64,000 nt of DNA from NCBI GenBank assembly GCA_016699105.1, contig CP064960.1, forward strand, positions 520,727-584,726, read 5' to 3'. Source of the stretch: a bacterium. GTDB taxonomy: Bacteria > Patescibacteriota > Saccharimonadia > UBA4664. Made by a program: the position numbers and the translations under genes. The notes below the pieces were generated by a model, which saw only the letters and a list, made by a program, of their open reading frames with translations, had not been told where the DNA came from and ran no database searches. The number at the start of each line of letters is the position of its first letter. Within the stretch, counting starts at the first letter, position 1. Below, in pieces: positions 55,057-64,000 of this stretch.

Positions 55057-56160
55057 ATGAAGTTGTCCGATTCGGTAGTGAAATGGGTGTGTGCCAGTTT
55101 AAGTGCGGTCATGATTGCGGGCAATTTGAGCTGGCCGGCGACGGTATATGCGGTTGACGCTGAAGAATCCGCGCCGCTGGTATTACAAACGTCGCCGTTG
55201 CCGATAAATTTGCAAGTTGATCCGGGTAAATCGGTAACTACCGAGCTCAAAGTCAAACAAAGTGGGACTGAAAAAGCCCGGCTCAAGGTCGGTTTGATGA
55301 AATTTACTGCCTATGGTGAAGAGGGTAAGCCCGAACTCAAAGACCGAGAAGCTGGTGATGATTATTTTGATTGGGTTAAATTTGATAAAACCGAATTTGA
55401 TGCGCCCATCAATGTGTGGCAGACCGTCAAAATGACTATTACGGTACCAAAATCAGCCGCTTTTGGGTATTACTATGCTGTAACGTTTTCGCGCGTGGGT
55501 GACGATGTGAAACGGACTGACCGGACCAACTCAATCGCGGGAGCGACAGCGACATTGGTGCTGTTAGAAGCTGTTAATCCGAATGCAAAGCGCGAGCTGC
55601 AGCTTGATAGTTTTGGCTCAAAACATCGGGTATATGAGTTTTTGCCGGCTGAGTTTGATATCAAACTCAAGAACGTGGGTAATGTGCATGCGGTACCTTC
55701 GGGAGATGTATTCATCTTGCAGGGCAATAAGCAACTGGCGGCGTTGCCGATCAACGGTGGCTTCGGCAATATATTGCCGGATTCAAACCGAATATTCCCG
55801 GCGAAGTGGAGCGATGGCTTTCCGCACTGGGAGCCAGTGATTGCCGATGGTAAAACCAAGCTGGATAAGAACGGCAAAATTGTTAAAAAATTGGTCTGGG
55901 ATTGGGGCAAGCTTAGTAGTATCAGGATTGGTCGCTATACTGCCCATTTATTTGCCGTCTATGACGATGGTAAGCGCGATATTCCAATTGAAACTGAGAT
56001 TACGTTTTGGGTGATTCCGTGGCGGTTCCTACTAGTAGTGCTGGTGATATTGGCACTGGTGGCTCTCGGTGTGTACGGTATGGTGCGGGAGGCTTCAATA
56101 AACTGGCTGGCAAGCGCGGCAAATCAAGGACACTGCGCGGCCGGAGGCGGTAATGATTAG
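55057..56160 (+). CDS. DUF916/DUF3324-like cell-surface protein with C-terminal TM anchor
   Basis: Signal peptide. The N-terminal domain (VLQTSPLPINLQVDPGKSVTTELKVKQSGTEKARLKVGLMKFTAYGEEGKPEL) and C-terminal domain (FDIKLKNVGNVHAVPSGDVFILQGNK) are arranged like CscA-type Gram-positive surface proteins. It ends with a TM segment (FLLVVLVILALVALGVYGMV). Confidence 0.65.
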   Translation: MKLSDSVVKWVCASLSAVMIAGNLSWPATVYAVDAEESAPLVLQTSPLPINLQVDPGKSVTTELKVKQSGTEKARLKVGLMKFTAYGEEGKPELKDREAGDDYFDWVKFDKTEFDAPINVWQTVKMTITVPKSAAFGYYYAVTFSRVGDDVKRTDRTNSIAGATATLVLLEAVNPNAKRELQLDSFGSKHRVYEFLPAEFDIKLKNVGNVHAVPSGDVFILQGNKQLAALPINGGFGNILPDSNRIFPAKWSDGFPHWEPVIADGKTKLDKNGKIVKKLVWDWGKLSSIRIGRYTAHLFAVYDDGKRDIPIETEITFWVIPWRFLLVVLVILALVALGVYGMVREASINWLASAANQGHCAAGGGND

Positions 56161-57090
56161 TCGGCGACAGATCTGGTTACTGGCAGTAATGATTGTCTGT
56201 CTGCCGGCAGTAGCGATGTCGGCAACCAAACCCACTGGACTCGTGCTGACGCCAGCTTTTCAGACAGTGCAGATAAAGACTAATGATGGTCGGCTCCCAT
56301 TTGAGCTTTCGATAACCAATCGCGATACCTCGGCACAAACGTTTGCCTTGTCGGCAATTGATTTTGGCAGCCTTGATGAAGAAGGTGGCGTGGCATTTCT
56401 GGGAGCGCCAGCCAGTGAACTCGAGCACAAGTATGGCTTGGCGGCTTGGTTGGAGCTCTCTCAGAAGTCGGTTGTAGTGTCTCCCGGGCAAACGGTAAAA
56501 GTGGGGGTGACGATCGTTAACCGACCCAGTTTGGTGGCAGGCGGACATTATGGAGCAGTCTTAGCTACGGCTCAACTACCCGGATCGGCAGTTAAGGGTG
56601 AGCAAGTCGGTGTGCAACAAGTCTTGAGTAGTTTGATACTGGCGGTCAAAGAAGGCGCTGGTGGTGCCAAATTGGATCTGAAAAAGACAAACTGGCACCA
56701 CAGTTTTTGGCGCTTGCCGACTGAGTTTAAGCTCGGATTTGGCAATAGTGGCACGGTTCACGCGCTGCCGCGAGGTACGGTGGTGGTAACAGATCCTGGG
56801 GTCGAAAAGTGGCTCAAGGCGAGCTCAATGAAGCCAGTAGCGTGATACTGCCGGAAACGAACAGGAATTATGAAGTCGCTATGCGGACTGTCAGTCAAGC
56901 TTGGTTGCCCGGCCGCTATATGGTCAGTATCAATTATCGCGACGAAACCCAAGAAAATTTTCAGGCAGTCCATCAGACAATATGGCAGGCGGGTGCGGTC
57001 GTCGTCTGGGTTGCCATGGTGTTGGCAATCTTAAGTACCGCCGGACTGGCTTGGTGGTTGTTTGGGCGTCGCCGAAAACGTCGACGTTAG
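56153..57090 (+). CDS. second DUF916/DUF3324-like anchored surface protein, with a frameshift near 56810-56845
   Basis: Same architecture: signal peptide, LVLTPAFQTVQIKTNDGRLPFELSITNRDTSAQTFALSAI, then GNSGTVHALPRGTVVVTDP. The C-terminal part (NYEVAMRTVSQAWLPGRYMVSINY...VVVWVAMVLAILSTAGLAWWLFGRRRKRRR) is in overlapping ORF 56809-57090. Confidence 0.65.
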
Positions 57091-57185
57091 CCTCAAAAAC
57101 TCTTGTGTTTAATCTGTAAACCAGTTATGCTTTTGGTGTAACTTTGTGATGGTAGGCGAGTGCCCAAAGGCTTGTTTTTAGCCGA

Positions 57186-60100
57186 ATGATGTGGGTTAAG
57201 TCGGTAGCATATAACCGTCGCAAGGTCGCTGGGGCACTCTTTGCCACCAGTCTTTTGGCGTTGGCTTTGTTCTTGAATGGACTAAGCAGTGTGCAAGCTG
57301 CAGTTGGTATCAATAAACAGGTCAATTTCCAGGGTAAAGTCGTCAATGCCAATGGCACCAATGTAGCCAATGGTACCTATACGTTTGTGTTTAATATCTA
57401 TACCCAACAGGCTCCCGGTGGGACTTCAATTTGGACCGAGTCAAAAAGTCTGACCGTGACAGACGGAATTTTTCAGACCAATTTGGGTTCGGTGACGAGC
57501 CTTCCGGGATCGGTGGACTTCAATACCGATAATATTTTCCTGGGGATAAACTTCAACAGTGACGGCGAAATGACGCCACGTATTCAATTCACGGCTGCCG
57601 CCTATGCCTTTAACTCAGATCGTTTAGGTGGACTGACGGCGGCATCGTTCGCGCAGCTCAGTCCAGCCTCTGCCCAAACCGGCTCGCTCAATGTCACTGG
57701 CACGGTGCAAGCAGCTACTAGTTTACAAGCGCCATTACTCGATACGGCGACGGCTGTGGCGCTCAATATTGGTACTGCCACTGCTACAAGTGTGACCATT
57801 GGCCGGACTTCAACACCGTTTGTGGTGCAAGGCAACAGTAGCTCGACTTTTACAGCCACCAACGGTAGCTTTACAGCTACAGTTGGCTTTACGACCCCGA
57901 CGGCCAATAACAGTATTTCGTTCCCGAATGCCGGGGGCACAATTTGTACGACTGTCGCTAGTACCTGTAATACCACTTACGCACCATATGCTGCTGGTGG
58001 ATATCTGGCCAAAAATGCTGCCGACACCTCAGCCGCAGCCGTGACGGCTGCCAATTACTTGTACGGATTTACCAATTCGAGCTCGGCCGTGGCAAGTGGA
58101 GTTCTACGACTCGACAATGGTACCAACACTGGTAACGGTTTGTTGGTTACAGCCAGTGGTAATCCGGGTGCTAGCAGTGCCTTAATTGTGGCCAACAACA
58201 CCGCCGGATCCCAGCGGCAATTTAATTGATCTCAAAAGCCGGAGTCGGTGTCTTTACAGTTGATTATAACGGTAGCCTGACCCAAAGCGGGGATCAGGTA
58301 CTACCCAGACGATTAACGGCCAGAGGATATCGAGTGCGGCCAACTTCACTGGCACCGTGACGGCTGCTACCAGTTTCTTGAGTACGTTGATCGATACACC
58401 TACTGCTGGCGGAACACTGGCAATTGGTACGACCAACGCTACTGGCGGTATCAATTTGAACCAAAATACCACGGTCGGTAGTGGCAAGACTCTCACCGCA
58501 AACGGATCAGTCCTGGTACAGTCAGCCGCCAATTCTACTTCGTCGTTTAACATTAAAAATTCGACAAACAATAACTTATTTACAGTAGATACTTCAAACT
58601 CAAGAGTCGGCATTAATCTGACTAGCAATAATGTACCGACACTTCAGGGAACCGGGTTGGAAGTGAATGGAGCATTACGGCTATCGGGTGGACGTAGTAG
58701 TGGTACGGCGGTCGATACATTTACAACACCAGCAAGTAGTAGTGTTGAAACTAAAATTAATATACCGATATATGATGCAGGGGCATTCGGACAGGTTTTA
58801 GCATTTGGCTTACCGTCGACAGGCTGTACTGGTGTAACGACTACCAGCTGTACGGCCAGGGCTATTTCCGTTTTTGACGCACGGACGCTTAGCCATCAAC
58901 CTTCAATTGGCGTGTTCGCACCAGATGAAAATACCTTGGTTGGTTTTTCGTGGGAAGGCAGTAATAGTGTGGCTTCGGTAATGACAAATTCAGGTAGTGG
59001 ATCTAGTGACGGCATCATACTGCAAAGTGGTGCCACCACGGGCGCCAGTGGTACCTCGGGTACCGTATCGGTGGTCAGCGGCGACGGCACTGGTACCAAT
59101 AGCTCAAGTGGCAACGTGACAGTAGATTCGGGCGCCAAGACTGGTACCGGTACGAATGGTACGGTAAATATTGGTACAACTAATGCCAGTGCCGTGACGG
59201 TAGGTCGCAACAATAGCGGTGTAGCTTTGACGTTGCAAGGATCAGCTTCGACCATTTTCCGGGCGACTGGTGTGAGTGGTACCACTACATTAGACTTCAC
59301 CGCTCCCAGCGGCTCGAATACTGTGCATGTGCCAGCCGAATCGGGCACGATTTGTCTCCAATCAAGTGTAAACTGCGGTTTTGTAGTAGGTTCGTCGACA
59401 AGCTTCTTGGCGCGTAACGCTGCCGATACTTCGACAATCAATGCAGCGGGAAATCTTTATGGTTTGAGCAATACTAATGCTGGCGCCGCTGGAGTGCTGG
59501 CTTTGACTAATGCTGGCACCAACTCGGCACTGGCAGTTACGAGCTCAGGTAACCCAACGAGCGGTCAAGCGGTCATATTGGCTACTAATTCAAATGGTTC
59601 TCCCAGCGGCAATCTTATCGATCTGCGGGTGACAGCAGGGAGTCGGTTTAGTGTGGACACAGCGGGTGTAGCGACAGCAACAAATTCGATCGTGACACCA
59701 ACCCATACTTCGGCAGATGTAGCAACTGGATTATCGGCTGATGCCACGTTTAGATCTGGTAACGGGACCGCTGGTAACGCTAGTACTGGCAGTGTTACGG
59801 TACGGTCGGGTAATGCTAATGGTACTGGCAGCTCGGGAAATGTGACGTTTGATGTTGGTACCAAAGGTGGGGGAGTCGGAAGTAATGCTGGAAATCTGTA
59901 TATCGGCAATACCAATGCGGCCAATGTGGTGGTGGGTCGAAATGCGGTTACGGCCAGTGGCGCCACCGTTTCCATCCAAGGCTTGGCCGCCACCAGTAAT
60001 ATGATTATGAACAATGCCGCCAATACGGCTAGTACCACGATAGGATTTCAAGCACCAACTGCCAACGTAACCTACGAATTTGCGGCCGCGACTGTCGGAA

Positions 60101-62904
60101 CCTATCAATTGTGTAGCACCTATGCCACAACCTGTAGTACGACTTATGCACCCTATACGGCTGGTGGTTACTTGGCTAAATCGCCGACAAGCACCGAAAG
60201 TTCAAGTAGCTCGATAGCGGGCAATCAGTACAGTTTTGCTAATACTAATGGTGGGGCCGCGGGTGTGCTGGCACTAGCCAATACCGGTACGAATTCGGCG
60301 TTGAGCGTGTCGAGTGCGGCCAACCCAACAAGCGGCCAAGCGGTAATCTTGGCGACCAATTCCAATGGTACGCCTTCAGGCAATTTACTTGACTTGCGGG
60401 TAACGGCGGGTAGCCGGTTTAGCGTTGATGCGGCTGGAGCGGTAACCACCAGTAGCACTATTAATGGGCAGACCATTTCAGCAACGGCCAACTTTACCGG
60501 TACCGTCACGGCAGCTAATACAGTCAGTATTACTACAGGTGGCTTGAGTGTGACGGCTGGTGGTGTAGCTATTACAGCAGGTGGACTAACAGTGTCAGCA
60601 GGTGGAGCGAATATTAGTGGTGGTCTCAATAATAATGCCGGTGGCATTACCAATACCGGAGCTGTCAGTGGGGCGACCAGTTTAGCCTTTACGGGTGCGG
60701 CTGCAGATGTTACGGGCGCCCGGGACATTACCGGAACGGGCACCATTACTGGTGGCGGAGCGTTCAAATCGGCAGATAGCACGACGGCTAGTTCAAGCGC
60801 TACCAGCCTCAAGAGTGGAGATGTCAACACTGCTACGAACGGATTTAATACCGGCAATGTGATCGTTGACTCTGGTGCTCGAACGGGTGGTGGAACTGGA
60901 ACAACTGGCACTGTCAGTATTGGGGCGACTAATGCCAGTGGTGTGACGGTTGGTAATAGCGCTGCAGCCTTTACCGTGCAGGGAACGGCTGGTAGTGGTG
61001 CGTCGAAGTTAGTTTTGGAAATACCACGGTCAATGCCCAATCGTCAGCGACGGTGGCTACCTACCAATTTGCCGCACCGACCAGTGCCACAACTTACACC
61101 ATTTGTACGACTGATACCGCTTCCTGTGGCGCTGGTTCCGTGGGGTATTTGCGCAAAGGGTGGCGGGCGAGACATCTTCGGCTGGCATGACGGCCGCGCA
61201 AGCGCTGTACAACTTTTCCAATACTGGTGGTGTCCAAAGTGACGTTCTTCAACTCGATAATGGTGCTGGCACTGGATCGGCCTTACGCGTAACGGCAGCT
61301 GCTAGTGCGGCGGCCAACAATGCCCTGGTGTTGGTGGACAATACCCTCAACAATGCTACGGGCAATCTGCTTGATCTACGAAGTACTCAAGCCGGCGTCA
61401 GCGCCAGCCGCCTAAGCGTGAGCACGACGGTGCGGTTACGGGCGGCACTTTCAACGGCCAAACGATAAGTGCCACTGCTAGTTTCACAGGTACTGTTGGT
61501 ACGGGCGGACTGTTGACAGCCCATAGCTTGACCGTGACAAACACAGCTACCTTCAATGCTGGAGCGACTGTTAACAACGTGGCCTTGACGGCCAATGCTG
61601 GAGCTTCCGTGACCGGTGGTATCAATAACAACGCGGGCGGCATAACGGGTGCTGGAGCCATCAGCGGATTGACGAGCCTCGAGTTTAGCTCGGCTGGCAC
61701 CATTGATACCAACGCTGCCATTTCTTTGAGTATCGGTACTGCTCAAGCTTCGACAGTGTCCGTCGGTCGCACTGGTGGCACGCTCAGTTTGCAAGGAAAT
61801 GCTTCAACGTCACTTTCGGCGACCAACGCAGGTTCGACTACCAGTCTGCAGTTTGCCACACCTACCGCCAATGTGATCTACCAATTTGCGACAGCTCCAG
61901 CTAACACCTATCAGATCTGTACCACCTATGCCAGTACTTGTAGCTCAACGTATGCTGCCTATTACGCGGGTGGTTATGTGCAGTTGGCTCCCGGCACAGC
62001 CCAGGCCGACGCCACAGCTAACCCCAGCATCTTTATCAGCAAAACAGCAGCTGGTTATCTGGCCAGACTCCAAAATACCGGCACAGATGTATTTTCGGTT
62101 CAAACGAACGGCACTATGACATCGAGTGGTTTAGCCTACTTGGGTGGCACATCTGGCAATTATGTAGCGCAAGTTGATACGACTAATTTCAAAGTGCGCA
62201 TTGGTACTGGTACGCCCACTAGGGGCAGTGAAGGTGCCAATTCGACGGCTGGCTTGTATGTGAGTGGCGCCACTGAAGCGGCTGGACTCGTACTTATCGG
62301 TACTACTTCCAACGGGGCCACCTTCGACGCAACCAACCATGAGCTGACGTTATCGGGTACTGCCCGGCACACTCGTCGGGTCTCAATGGTGCCGGAATAT
62401 GCCGGGGCAGTTATGACACCGAGCGGTACTTCAAATACGGGGTTGATGACCTCGGACTTTTGTTCTGGATCAGGGCGCCTAAACATTCCAACTAGTGGCA
62501 ATGTGTGTGCATCCAGCGACGAACACAACTTCTATAAATGGGTGTCGGCCAACTCGAGTACCCAAACATATGACATCTATGTGCGGTATTTGCTCCCGGC
62601 TGACTTTTCGGCCTTTACCGGCGATAATACAATATACATGAGCGGTTACCGGACGACATCAAGTGATAGCGTAGCTCTGGCTATCTATCAACCGAATGGC
62701 ACAATTTGTGGCTCATCGACGAACATAGCTACCGGTACGGCAGCCTGGACCGAGAATACGGTGACTGCGCCCATCGCCACCACCTGTGCTGCCAACTTTA
62801 CTGCTAATTCATTGGTGACGTTCCGGGTAAGACTGACCTCAACGAGTACGGTAAATGCAGCGTTAGCAGGGGAGATACGGTTTGACTATCGCTCGATTTA
62901 TTAA
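57186..62904 (+). CDS. giant secreted repetitive surface protein of about 1900 aa, fragmented by several frameshifts
   Basis: The ORFs are 57186-58229, 58357-61242, 61160-61468 and 61513-62904, plus pieces in other frames. The first ORF starts with a signal peptide (MMWVKSVAYNRRKVAGALFATSLLALALFLNGLSSVQA). At least five repeats of a roughly 330-aa module carry Q[FI]xxPTANxxYxFA...TYQ[IL]C[ST]TYA[ST]TC[ST][ST]TYA[PA]YxAGGY[LV] and NSNG[ST]PSGNL[IL]DLRVTAGSRFSVD. The DNA repeats are about 75% identical (59521-59680 vs 60291-60450). The sequence ends with a distinct C-terminal domain and a TAA stop at 62904. Confidence 0.7.
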
Positions 62905-62909
62905 TAAGT

Positions 62910-64000
62910 TGCCGCGACCATCGCGGGCGTGGTGGACTCAAGCTCGTGATGGCAAACCAGCCCGGATTGTGGGCGTGGCGGTATTTAGCTTGAGTTTGTT
63001 TAGTGGCTTTGCGGCGGTTATGATCCGGCCACCAGGAGCATCGGCGCTCATTGAAACTGGCGATGGCTTAACGGTCTATGGCAATAGCGCCACTTCATCG
63101 ACAACACCGCGCTACCGTGATTATTATGAATTAACTGATTCATTTGGCTCTGAGACAAATACCGTATCGGGCTCGACGCCTTTGGCGATGCAGATTAAAA
63201 CGTCGCCCGTCAAAACTGAAGCCATAGTGGGTTATCAGAACTCGTCGGGTACTCTGCAAATTATGTGCTATGACGGCACCAACTGGAGTAACGATTGGAG
63301 TGTATCTAGCTATGGTACTGGCGTTACACGGGCGTATGACATTGCCTATGAGTGGCAAAGCGGTGATGTCGTTGTTATGTATAGCACCAATACTGCCACC
63401 ACCAATGAATTGGCATTTCGGCGCAAAGCTGGCGGAAAGGCCTGTGGTGGGGCTAACTGGGATTCGGCCGTCAACGTTAATCCGGTGCGGACGTCGGCCA
63501 TTATCAACTGGGTAACTTTGCAGCAAGACCAAAATAGTAATAACATTGCAGCTATTTGGGCAGATTCAAGTCGCGACTTATCGGCCATGATTTATGACGG
63601 GACAGCTGGTACCTGGGGCAATGAGCCCACGGCCGCTATTGCGACCAATTTATCGTATGTGACATCAAGCACACGATCGGACACGGAATCGTTTGATTTG
63701 GCTTATGAAAGTGTATCCAGTGACTTAATGATCGTCGCGGGTAATTCGGGCAATACATCGAGTGGTAATAACCTAATCACCTATAAAACTTGTACCGGCG
63801 GTGGAGCGTCTTGTACCTGGCAAACGACGAGCACAGTCCCTTCGCAACAGGCTCAGGATAATGCCAATCACCTGGATATGGCGGCCAATCCACAAACCAA
63901 TGAAATTGTGTTTGGCGCAATTTCGAATGGTGAAGACTTGTCGATTGGCTATTGGGACGGCTCGTCATGGCCGACAACTGGTAGCCGAGGTCTGCCCAAT
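62910..64000 (+). CDS. secreted or membrane-anchored protein with beta-propeller-like repeats, partial (runs off the window end)
   Basis: It has an open frame from the TTG at 62910 to the window end, about 363 aa. The N-terminus is basic with a TM (KPARIVGVAVFSLSLFSGFAAVMI). Repeated YDGTxxW / WDGSSW blocks follow. The ORF track omits it because the window has no stop. Confidence 0.65.

Noticed and set aside
57186-62904. Regularly spaced nucleotide repeats that could be mistaken for a CRISPR-like or tandem-repeat array
   Set aside because: The repeats are about 780-1000 nt long, about 75% identical and in-frame coding repeats of a protein module. They are not 25-40 nt direct repeats with unique spacers, and no cas genes are present.

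Overview
This 64 kb window looks like a small-genome bacterium with a Gram-positive-type envelope, possibly CPR or Saccharibacteria. The evidence is a short IF-2 and S1, an LPXTG sortase substrate, and a T-box leader on ileS. The window has four parts.

1. Positions 1-8450 hold a NUDIX hydrolase and then a decay zone. The zone contains a GC-rich non-coding block, two minus-strand tRNAs (Ile-GAT and Ala-TGC-like, both with aberrant T-arms) plus tRNA-like fragments, and six disrupted genes. The disrupted genes are an ABC transporter ATPase and permease, an MBL-fold hydrolase, a ferric-reductase-like protein, cdsA and an alpha/beta hydrolase.

2. Positions 8690-12400 hold a 23S-5S rRNA pair with no linked 16S. 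The 23S is about 3.47 kb and carries expansion segments. A strong terminator follows the 5S.

3. Positions 12450-48800 form a housekeeping core. It encodes: two secreted proteins (an enzyme-like one and a CBM-like one); TrmH; a KGG stress protein; a HEXXH/Zn-ribbon peptidase; a small LPXTG protein; S1, ylxR, infB and rbfA; fragments of a large acidic protein; priA, def and fmt; a phosphoribosyltransferase; secD and secF; recJ; relA/spoT; hisS; S21; yqeY; dgkA; adk and map; ftsA, ftsZ and yggT; a T-box leader with ileS; ftsW/rodA; and L21.

4. Positions 48800-64000 are a dense cell-surface locus. It contains a type-II membrane beta-helix repeat protein, a PKD-domain protein, two tandem paralogous secreted proteins, two DUF916/DUF3324-like C-terminally anchored proteins, a roughly 1900-aa giant protein built of about five ~330-aa cysteine-containing modules, and a partial beta-propeller-like secreted protein.

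Many genes, including essential ones (ileS three times, priA, fmt, ftsA), are interrupted by single-base frameshifts at homopolymer runs. That pattern points to assembly or polishing errors rather than true pseudogenes. The 2.9-8.5 kb zone is far more heavily disrupted and is probably genuine gene decay. No CRISPR arrays, transposases or integrases were seen.
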